From the NCBI GenBank assembly GCA_038087875.1, contig CM075989.1, positions 23,252,001 through 23,316,000 on the forward strand: a stretch of 64,000 nucleotides of DNA, written 5' to 3'. The stretch is from Malacoraja senta. Its lineage: Eukaryota. Below, piece by piece: positions 54,249-64,000 of this stretch. Below the pieces are notes generated by a model. That model was not told where the DNA came from, ran no database searches, and was given only the letters and a program-made list of their open reading frames with translations. Within the stretch, counting starts at the first letter, position 1. Every line of letters starts with the position of its first letter. Position numbers and translations under genes: made by a program.

Positions 54249-54505
54249 GATATAGAAGGGTGAGGCGTAAAAACGAGAAATCAAAGGGGATGCAGATCAA
54301 GGAAAATGTAGACTGGATCATTGCTAGCTGAAGGGAAGGTGACAACAAGGTGTACAGTCAGTAATATTTAATCAGAGGACAGTGAAACAAGTCGGGGAAC
54401 TAGGGTGGGGGAGGGACGGAGAGAGAGGGAAAGCAAGGGTCACTTGAAGTTAGTGAAATCAATATTCATACCGCTGGGGTGTAAGCTGCCCAAGCGAAAT
54501 ACATG
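54075..54505 (-). mobile_element. Penelope-like element 3' end (ORF C-terminus, UTR with (CT)n expansion, terminal repeat)
   Basis: Peptide HVFRLGSLHPSGMNIDFTNFK* runs into the hammerhead-bearing repeat. Similar pieces at about 48465-48680 (-) and 28370-28430 (+). Confidence 0.82.
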
Positions 54506-56535
54506 ATAGCTGTGTTCTGTCTGATTGCTAATGAGCCATAGCCAGAATCTTATTACTGAGCAAATATTGCATTTAAAGTGGCACGTCAGCCAAAGGCAAG
54601 TGGAATCAATGCGAATTGCAGGCGGGGGATTGAGCTCAGCGCTTTCACACAAGTTCTCTTCAGTCCAGCTGCTCCACAGACAATGTGAGACAATTATCAG
54701 TGACCAAGAGCCATTCTGTGTTTCCAGCTACTCAGGTATCTCCCACACTCAAAGACAAACAGGTTTGTAGGTCTGAAGAAGGGTCTCGACTCGAAACGCC
54801 ACCCATTCCTTCTCTCCAGAGATGCTGCCTGTCCCGCTGAGTTACTCCAACCTTTTGTGTCGATGTTCGGTTTAAATCTGCATCTGCACTTCCTTCTTAC
54901 ACAGATTTGCAGGCTAATTGGCTTCTGTAAAATGTCAATAGTTCCTAGTGTGTGTAGGACAGTGCTTGTGCATGGGTGATCGATCGCTGGTCGGCGTGGA
55001 TTTTGATTAGTACGGATGTTCAGGGGAAATGGGGAGAAGGCAGGAGAATGGGGTTAGGAGGGAGAGATAGATCAGCCATAATTGAAGGGCAGAGTAGACT
55101 TGATGGGCCGAATTTTACTCCTTTCACTTATGAGACGGTGGGCTGAAGGGCCCGTTTCCACGCTGTATTTCTAAAGTTTTAAGTAAAGTCTAATCTCTGG
55201 TCTGAGTTTCCTCCCCAATTTCCCTATCGGTGACTAATCTACACGGATGACTCCTGAGCTTTCAACAAGCATCAGGGTGTAAACATCTTCATCATGTCTG
55301 CTTTATCGACCCTTTTCCCAGAATTAAATGATCTCTAGCTGATTACCTCTGAAAAGAAATCACTTGTTTTTCACTTTTCTAATAGGGCATGAGATGATTC
55401 AGCCTTTAGTGATGCTTCATGCCTCTGAGCACATGCAGAGTTGTAATGGCACATCTACTGTTATCGAGTGTTCTCTGCTCCCAAAACAGAAGGATGAAGC
55501 AATGCACAACAGTCATCGCCTCCTAAAGAACACAAAACAGTACAGGCCCTTCGGCCCACAAATTCCATCCATGTTAAACTAATCTCCCGTGTCTACACAT
55601 AATCCATACCCCTCCATTCCCTGCGTATCTAAAAGCCTCTTAAACGCCACTATTGTATGCCCTTCTGCCCACCAAGTCCGTGCCGACCAGCAATCACCCC
55701 GTACATTAGCACCATCCTACACACTAGGGACAAATTAGGATTTTCCAATTTTACTGAAGCCAATTAACCTAGAAGCCTGCACATCTTTGGAGTGTGGGAG
55801 GAAACCAGAACACCTGGAGAAAACCCACGCGGTCACAGGGAGAAACTACAAATTCCATATAGACAGCATCCCTAGTCAGAATCAAACCCGGGTCTCTGGC
55901 GCTGTGAGGCAGCTACTCTACCGCTGCGCCTCCGTGCTGTCCAAGTCATTTACATCTGAAGAAGGGTCTCGATCCAAATGTCACCTATTCCTTTTCTCCA
56001 GAGATGCTGTCTGACCCGCTGCTATTCCAGTTTTTTGTGTCTATCTTTCATTTACATCCAAGTCATTTACATACATTTCACAAACAATTAATTTTCACTT
56101 TTCTAATCGAGCATGAAATGATTCTCTAATAGTTTGTGTTGCTGATTATAATTGTTACATCCATTGTATTGCTAGTCTTCTGCTCCCAAGACAGGAAGCA
56201 TAAAGCAATTTGCAACAGAATACCACAGTAAACAAGCCATTATTTCTCCGAGTAACCCTTACGTCCCCTCTTTCTCTGTCCCTCCCCCACCCGGCTAGTT
56301 TAATTGTCAGTATAACTAATTATCACCTCCCCCACAGTCAACAATGGACCATTGTGGGCTCCACCTTTCCTTGATCATCGTTGCCTTTTGCAAATCAATA
56401 TCAGCATCTATATCTCTCGTTTCCAATCCCCTGACCCTCAGTCTGAAGAAGTGTCTTGACCTTAAAATGTCACCCATTCCTTCTCACCAGTGCTGCTGCC
56501 TGACCCGCTGAGTTACTCCAGGAAAGGTGGAGTAA

Positions 56536-56780
56536 AGAGCCTGTCCCACTCGGTGACATTTTCGGCGACTGCCGGCGTCATTGACTGACGTATCAGGGTC
56601 GCTGAAAGATTTCGAACATTTCAAAATCCAGCGGACAAAAAAAAATGTTGAGACACTTGAGGAAACACCGCGCGTCAATACGTCATCACGCAGCGTTACG
56701 CCGCGACCTTTTCGGTGACCTGATACATCAGTCAATAATACCGGCAGTCGCTGAAAAAATCGGCAAGTGGGACAGGCCCT
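56536..56780. mobile_element. Harbinger-like MITE with TAA TSD
   Basis: taa|agagcctgtcccact...agtgggacaggccct|taa. Confidence 0.82.
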
Positions 56781-56917
56781 TAACAATGACAGCATTTGGT
56801 GTTTATCTTCGGTGCAAACCAGCACCTGCAGTTCCTGCCTTCACATTTAATTTCAGGATTCTCTCTGTGAAACGACTGGCGTGTTAGTAGAGGTGCCGTC
56901 TCCATATCTCACCATAC

Positions 56918-57128
56918 CTGTGCCCACAAACAGAACGTCATACTGGCCCCGGGTGGTCTGGACCCTGTCCACAGCCAACTCTGTGTACTTAACGTGCTTC
57001 TTCATCAGCAAGGGATGACTCTTGATGCTCTCTTCCATCAGAAAATGGTCCTTGGCAAAATTCAATACTTTGTCCGGCATTTGGAACGAAGAGGTTATGT
57101 TCATGGCTCTCGCCCTGTCCGTGATACA
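56918..57128 (-). CDS. SEMA4B: Semaphorin-4B coding exon (Sema domain), CITDRARAMNITSSFQMPDKVLNFAKDHFLMEESIKSHPLLMKKHVKYTELAVDRVQTTRGQYDVLFVGT
   Basis: Acceptor ctctctcag and donor G|gtatgg. Length 211 nt, phase 0 to phase 1. The peptide resembles the vertebrate SEMA4B segment LPDRVLNFLKDHFLM...YDVLFLGT. Confidence 0.95.
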
Positions 57129-58001
57129 CTGAGAGAGGGAGAGAAAAGAAAAGACATGCTTACATTAATTAATTAACATTTAATGCTAAAATTTCTTTGA
57201 TTAGTGCGGGTGTCAGGGGTTATGGGGTGAAGGCTGAAGGCTGGAGAACACTGAGAGAGGGAGAGATAGATCAGCCATCATTGAATGGCGGAGTAGACTT
57301 GATGGGACGAATGGCCTAATTCTGCTCTTATCACTTATGAACAGATCCGCTTGTGTTTGAGATCAGATATTACACGGTGCTGGTTTGTCCATTGCAGTCA
57401 ATAGACAACAGGAGTCCAAGAGCCAACTCCACAGAGGTTTCATACTCCGTGAATCTATCAATGGAAAGTGACAGGAGGCAGCCAGTTACTGCACACACTT
57501 CTCCCCACACACCCTTCAAGCAACTAATGGACCCTTTAAATAAAGAACCGCCCATTCATCCAGCCACGAACCTGTCAAAACACCCAGAGTGCCCTGTATG
57601 GGACCGCAAGAGCCCGTGTCCTCGATTCCCTTGCGAAGGCTTTGATCATATCACAGGGGAATGGCGGAACTTTGTGTTTTTGGATCAGGAACAACCTCAG
57701 ACATGTGGACATGGGTTTGGTCAGGAAGGGAAGATGGAAGACAGGCAGCGTCTCTGGAGAGAAGGAATGGGTGAGGTGAACTCAAATTACAGAAGTACAC
57801 ACAGTGGCGCCAATCTGGGAACCAAAGTTTAGTTTATAGTTTAGAGATACAGTGTGGAAACAAGCCCTTCGGCCCACCAAGTCCGTGCCGACCAGCGATC
57901 CCCACACACTAATACTATCCTATATACTAGGGACAATTTACACACACTCGGGACAATTTACAATTTTACCAAGCCGAGTAACCTACAAACCTGTACGTCT
58001 T

Positions 58002-58785
58002 TACCTGTTGTTTTCTTTTGTCCTGTTTTAGTTAAATTTTAGTTTATTGGGTTGTATATGTGTGGGGGGTGAAACATGATTTTTGTCTCTTCCTTCGGGG
58101 GAATGCAACTTTTTCTTGTCGTATCCCCCTTCTCTGCCTCCGTCTGCGCTGAGGGCTAATGGTGGAGCTGCCGGCCTCCAACTGCGACCGACCGACCTCG
58201 AGGCTCCGGAGGCAGAGCCAGACTTACCAGCGCGGGGCTGGCCTGCTCGGGGCTGCGGTGGCGTTCCGGCGGTGGCGACCGAGGACACTGGTGGCGACCT
58301 GAATCCGGAGGCACGGCCGCGGGCCCGGTGGACGACATCGTCGGGAGCGCGCAGGTCACAGGTTGGTGACCTGTTTTTTTGGAGCTCCCGCAACTACAGC
58401 TGCGTCCGCTGGACTGGAGGCGGCAGCTTCGGCAGCTTCGGCCACCCCGGGCCGCGGAGTTTGAACCGGCCCGTCGCGGACGGAGCACGGGATTCAGCCG
58501 CGGGACTGACTTACTATCACCCGGTGGGGTCACAACGTCAGAAGCCTGGATCACCTCAGCGCAGAGGGAGAACAAAGAGGGAAGAGACAGAGACTTTAAG
58601 ACTTTTGCCTCCATCACAGTGAGGAGGTGCCTGGTGAACTCACTGTGGTGGATGTTAATTTGTGTTTATTGTGTGTTTTGTTATTATATTATTATATGTA
58701 TGACTGCAGGCAACGAAATTTCGTTCAGACCGAAAGGTCTGAATGACAAATAAAGGAATCTCTAATCCCTAATCTCTAATCTCTT
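58002..58785 (+). mobile_element. Unclassified GC-rich retroposon (hairpin family, copy B), nested in an HE1 SINE
   Basis: Hairpin motif at about 58607-58655, an aatgacaaataaa+(ctaatct)n tail, and tcttt at both junctions. Confidence 0.62.
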
Positions 58786-58899
58786 TAGGGTTTGGGAGGA
58801 AACCGGAGCACCCAGAGTAAGCCCCGCGCAGGTCACGGGAGGAGAAAGACAAACTCCGTACAGACAGCACCGACAAGGGTAGTTAAAGTACAAGAACGA

Positions 58900-59099
58900 N
58901 NNNNNNNNNNNNNNNNNNNNNNNNNNNNNNNNNNNNNNNNNNNNNNNNNNNNNNNNNNNNNNNNNNNNNNNNNNNNNNNNNNNNNNNNNNNNNNNNNNNN
59001 NNNNNNNNNNNNNNNNNNNNNNNNNNNNNNNNNNNNNNNNNNNNNNNNNNNNNNNNNNNNNNNNNNNNNNNNNNNNNNNNNNNNNNNNNNNNNNNNNNN
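58900..59099. other. Assembly gap (200 N)
   Basis: Run of 200 n. Confidence 1.
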
Positions 59100-60104
59100 G
59101 TCAGAAGCAGCAGCAGCTTAAGGAGTGGAGTGATGAGGTCTTCTAATGAACACTACAGCTCCCTGTCAGTGGCCGGGCTGTGAGGAGGGTGACAGCCTCA
59201 TCATAAACTATTATACATCATTCAAACAGCAACGACAGCCTTCGCCTGGAGTATTTCTTGCACAACAATCCCAAAACGCTGTCAGATAAAAGTCCCATTT
59301 AATATTCAGGCTGGTCTTGAAAGGCATAGCAGTGAAAACACACAGTATATATGGGAGTTCCATGTCTAGGCGGATGCGACAGATGTCTGTCTACATGCAA
59401 TAATCATTAATCAGTAACTAATTATTAAAAGGACGTCACCGCCCTAAACCAAGGGAAACGTTGCAAGGAAAGTATAGAAAAACCGTTTAGTTTAGTTTAG
59501 ACATACAACGTAGAAACAGGTCCTTCGGCCCACCGAGTCCGCGCCGACCCCCAACACTAACATTATTCTACACACACATGAGGGACAATTTACAATTTTA
59601 CAAAGCCAATTGTAAACCTGCACGTATTTGGAGTGTGGGAGGAAACCGGAGCACCCGGGGAAAACCCACACAGGTCACGGGGAGAACGTACAAACTCCAT
59701 ACATGCAGCACCCATAGTCAGGATCGAACCCGGGTCTCTGGTGGTGTGAGGCAGCAACTCTACCGCTGCCCCACAAAACTTCTCCACCTAAACGAAGGGA
59801 CATACCTTTAGGATGGAGATGAGGAGGAATTTCTTTAGTCAGACGGTGGTGAATCTGTGGAATTTATTGCAACTGACGGCCGTGGAGGCCATATTTTTAA
59901 GGTAGAGATCGATAAGATTCTTGATTAGTATAGGTGTCAGGGGTTATTACATACCCCTTGATATCCTTTCCTATCAAAGATACACTCATCTTTGTATTAA
60001 AGACTGCAAGCTACTGCATTCTGAAACAAAGTCACAGTGTGATGACAAGTGATTCCGTGATGCACGTCACACCACTCAACCTCCTTGCCACACTTGAAAC
60101 TGTA

Positions 60105-60272
60105 AAGGGCCCGTCCCACTTTCTGCGATTTTTTTCGGCGACTCGCCGCCACCCGTCATAGTCGCAGCAGGTCGCCAAAAATGTTCAACATGTTGAAAAT
60201 CCAGCGGCGACCAGAAAAAGGTACGACTCATTGGGCGACTACTCACGACCATACAGGATGTCACCCCGCGAC
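60105..60272. mobile_element. Partial Harbinger-like MITE (one TIR)
   Basis: Starts taa|agggcccgtcccact. Reverse-complement similarity to 11820-11997. Confidence 0.65.
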
Positions 60273-60567
60273 TACTTAATCTGTTGCCTCCTACAGAATG
60301 ATTTAGAAAAATAAATGTCAAATCTTTGAAGTGATATATAAATTGTGCGGCAGAAATCAATGAACAACAATAAACAGGGACAAGAGCCTTAAAGATCATC
60401 GAGCAGGGCTCTCGCTTAACTTTTTTTCCCTGTTACCAGCCAGGCAACCTCGGCAGCTTTTTAGGTTGCCAAATGACAGTTTAGGTGGTCATTTAAGACG
60501 GCTTGCATGACGCGTGCGATAATGTGCTCGGACGAAGTGCGTAGTTACCAGTCGGAGTTATACTCAA

Positions 60568-61200
60568 TTTTGATTGATTGATTGATTTATTTATTGTCAT
60601 TTGAACCTCAAAGAGGCTCAAACGAAACTCCGTTTCCACAGCCATACAAACAAAACAATTCTTACACGACACACAAACAATTCAATTTACAGAAAAACAT
60701 CCATCACAGTGAATCTCCTCCTCACTGTGATGGAAGGCAAAGTCATTTCTCTCCCCTGCACCATTTTTCTCCCGATGTTGAAGCCCCAGGCGGGCGCTGG
60801 AAAGTCCCGCCGCCATTAAAGCCGCGCCGGGCGATTTACGGCCCCGCTCCGGGTCGTTCCAACCCCGCGACACGGGCGGGAGAAGTTGCGTTGCGGGAGC
60901 TCCGGAAAGCGGTCTCTCACCCGGACCCGCGACCTCCCGATATCATAGTCCACGGGTCTGCAGCTGGAGCTGGAGCAGCAACGAGTCACCACCGCTCCCC
61001 GCGCTCCGAGGACGGCCAGCTCCACAGGCTCCGCGACTGGAGCCCCCAGGTCATCCCGGTCGGAGGCCGCTCCACGGAGCTAGGCCCCAACGACAACGGA
61101 GACCCGACAGGGAAAAGGTCGGGTCTCCCGTGCAGGGAATAGATTTTTTTAAGTTTCCCCCTCCCCCCCCGCCCCCCCCATATACACAATTAAAACAGTG
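60568..61200 (-). mobile_element. Unclassified GC-rich retroposon (hairpin family, copy C)
   Basis: Minus strand reads gccttccatcacagtgaggaggagattcactgtgatggatgtt, with an aatgacaataaa(tcaa)n tail. Confidence 0.6.
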
Positions 61201-61398
61201 AAGCATTCACATATTTCTGCTTCAAATAAAGTCACAAACTAAACATATTCACCAATCAAGACATGATATATACCACAATGACATGCGGCAAAATTACAAT
61301 ACAGTATCTCATCTCTTTTTACACGTTGCAATGAATGCAATTTCTATTATCTCTTTCCACTTCCAAACAAAAATATGGTTATTCAGTGTATGATCAAC

Positions 61399-61545
61399 CT
61401 CGGTGAGAACAAGCGCAGGCTTGGCGATCGCTTCGCATAACACCTCCACTCAGTTCGCAATAACCAACCTGATCTCCCGGTGGCTCAGCACTTCAACTCC
61501 CCTTCCCATTCCGAATCCGACCTTTCTGTCCTGGGCCTCCTCCAT
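61399..61545 (+). mobile_element. Penelope-like GIY-YIG endonuclease fragment (in-frame stop)
   Basis: Peptide LGENKRRLGDRFA*HLHSVRNNQPDLPVAQHFNSPSHSESDLSVLGLLH. Confidence 0.85.
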
Positions 61546-62446
61546 AGAGTACTATGTTTACATATTCTGTTGTGCTGCTGCAAGTAAGGATTACATTATT
61601 CTAACTAGGACATGGGAGAATAAAACACTCTTGCCTTACGTCGCTGATGTGTGGGATAGAACTAGAGTACGGGTGATCGGTGGTTGGCGTGGACTCGGTG
61701 GGCCGAAGGGCCTGTTTCCACGCTGTATCTTTAAATTAAACTAAAAACACTAAAACCAGAGGAAATGTAAAGAAGGGTTTCTACCCGAAACGTCACCCAA
61801 TTTATTCTATCCAGAGATGCTGGCTGCTCCATGGAGTTCTCCAGCACAATTAAAACATGGAATAGTCTTCACCCTACCATAGGTACCAACCAGATGCAAC
61901 TAAATTTAAGGTAGCTTTTTTTTTCCCCCAAGAACCCTTTTTTTGTTTAAGATCCAAGTCAAGAGCCAAGAGAGTTTATTGTCATGTGTCCCAGATAGGG
62001 CAATGAAATTCTTGCTTGCTGCAGCACAACAGAATATGTAAATATAATACAGAACAGGAGATAAAAGTTCAGTGTGTCTATATACTATAGACCATATATA
62101 AACACAATAAATAAACAGATAAAATGCAATAGGCTGTTATTTTGGAGTTTGATGGTGGTGGGTCCACCAGTTTAAATTCCATTTCGAATATTTTTTGAGG
62201 ACCAGGAAACCAAGAAGCAAGAGTTACTCCAGGGAGTTACTGCAGCTCCAGGGAGTGATTCTGCGTTGTTTTTCAGCGGTCGCAGTGAGGCAGCGAACGG
62301 ACAGCAATGGGGGCCAGAACTCCCACAATGCAAAGGGAGGGAGAAAGTGGCCGACGCCGACCAGTTGCCGTGGCAGTGCGCATTTGCAGGGCCGCACTTG
62401 CGCACAACCACGGCCGATGATGTGCTCAGCGGCTGGCCGTGCCAAG

Positions 62447-62665
62447 CGGAGACCCGAGACCCGAGCGGAGAGCCGAGAGCTGAGAGCTAGCGCCGAGAGC
62501 TGGCGCCGAGAGCCGAGAGCTAGTGCTGAGCGGAGACCCGAGAGCTGAGAGCTAGCCCCGAGAGCTAGCGCCAAGAGCCAAGAGCTAGCGCCGAGAGCCA
62601 AGAGCTAGCGCCGAGAGCTAGCGCCGAGAGCCAAGAGCTAGCGCCGAGAGCCGAGCCGAGACCCG
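62447..62665 (+). repeat. GC-rich minisatellite (gagagctagcgcc / gagagccaa units)
   Basis: Visible degenerate tandem array inside the hAT5-like element. Confidence 0.85.
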
Positions 62666-63557
62666 GGCACGGATGGCGGGCGGGTGTCCCGGTTGCTTGC
62701 CAAGCCTGGCAAAATGGCATGGCTTTTAGGTTACCCGGCGGGACTGTAAGTTGCCATTGGCACCCGGGCAACCGCTAATTTCGAGCCCTGTCGAGGTATT
62801 GGAAAATCTCTCAGCAAACTAATCTTCACTCACCTATACTGAAGCGTTTTCACGTGGGTGTGAATCTTGGGAAGAACTACTGCTCTTTCTCAAGTAATTA
62901 TTTTGACAATTTTAGCAATCATTAATCCTTTGGAAGATTGACACATGATGAACAATCTCTCTCCATGTTCCCATCAATATGCATGGAGTTAAGCTCTCTA
63001 TTAAGTGTTTACACAACCATTAAAACTGTGATTATCAGTAAAATGGCTCATGAATTGGCAATACCACTTCAAGACTGTATTCATCTGCCTCTTTCATTGA
63101 TCTACCATCCACATCCAGCATCCGTTCAGTTTACGTAAAGATTGATCTCATGCATGCACTGAAAGGGAGGGACGGGTTGTACAAATCTTTAGACTTGCCA
63201 ATTGCTTAACTGGAGGATGAGATGAATTGTTTCACCCTATGTGTGGGGAGGAACTGCAGATGCTAGTTTAAACCGAAGATAGGCACATAATGCTGGAGCA
63301 ACTCAGCGGTTCAGGAAGCATGTTTGGAGAGAAGGAATGGGTGACGTTACGGGTCGGATCCCTTCTTCAGACTAGTTTGAAGAAGGGTCTCGACCCGAAA
63401 CATCATCCATTCCTTCTCTCCAGAGATGCTGCCTGTCCCGTTGAGTTACTCCAGCATTTTTTTTCTCACTACTTCCCATGTTCAGAGGTTTGACTGCGTA
63501 GATAAAACAATTGAATCGAATTGTCAGTCTACAGGCTTTACTTTACCAAGACCTGAC

Positions 63558-63822
63558 AGATACAGCGTGGAAACAGGCACATCGGCCCGCCGTGTCCGTG
63601 CCGACCAGCCATCACAACGTACACCACACACTAGGGACAATTTACAATTTTTACTGAACTAAATTAACCTAAAACCTGCACGTCTTTGGAGTGTGGGAGG
63701 AAACCGGAGCACCCGGAGAAAACCCACGCAGGTCACGGGGAGAATGTAGAAACTCGTGGTCAGGATTGAACCCGGGTCTCTAGCGCTGTGAGGCAGCAAC
63801 TCTACCGCTGCGCCACCGTGCC
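63558..63822 (-). mobile_element. HE1-type V-SINE
   Basis: tRNA head, V core and CR1 tail. Confidence 0.85.
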
Positions 63823-64000
63823 GACACTGTGCCTTGGTGTTTACACTGTGGGCACTTGATAAATGGTTATTTAATCTTGAATGTACATCCCATCATTTTG
63901 AGATCTGGTGCAGGAAACAACTAATAACTTAAAATGTTACTGAGCTAGTTCAGCCTGAGCTATGTTGAAACAGGAGTGATCCATGACCCATATCTATATT

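Larger units (their letters stand above)
60404..62790. mobile_element. Non-autonomous hAT5-like DNA transposon with nested insertions
   Basis: TIRs cagggctc / gagccctg, 5-bp TSD tcgag, and subterminal ggcaacc/ggttgcc motifs at both ends. Confidence 0.7.

Noticed and set aside
57129..64000. Next upstream SEMA4B exon (expected to end near VP.PRPG)
   Set aside because: Not found by reading. It probably lies beyond the window or in the gap at 58900-59099.

Overview
Repeat-rich eukaryotic DNA, most likely from a cartilaginous fish (skate/ray-like). This is inferred from dozens of HE1-type V-SINEs and their partner CR1/HER1-type LINE fragments. The only host gene I can support is the 3' part of semaphorin-4B (SEMA4B) on the minus strand: five GT-AG exons at 57128-56918, 52990-52875, 51601-51444, 49094-49000 and 46472-45670. 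They splice in frame and encode the end of the Sema domain, the PSI domain, an Ig-like region, a transmembrane helix and a C-terminal PDZ-binding tail (DSVV). Upstream exons were not found in the window. The rest is intergenic or intronic and dominated by transposons. The most notable system is a very abundant Penelope-like (PLE) terminal-repeat unit carrying a minimal hammerhead-ribozyme core (CUGAAGA-A-stem II-GAAACGUC/GUU). It often inserts as a short palindrome with 12-17 bp target-site duplications, and PLE RT and GIY-YIG fragments lie nearby. Also present: a complete 821-bp miniature Gypsy LTR element, hAT-like, hAT5-like and Harbinger-like non-autonomous DNA transposons, a young CORE-type SINE, Rex1, RTE and Vingi-like pieces, an unnamed GC-rich retroposon family with a conserved hairpin, microsatellites and two 200-N gaps. 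Repeat boundaries are approximate unless TSDs or TIRs are given. Only representative HE1, CR1 and PLE copies are listed.
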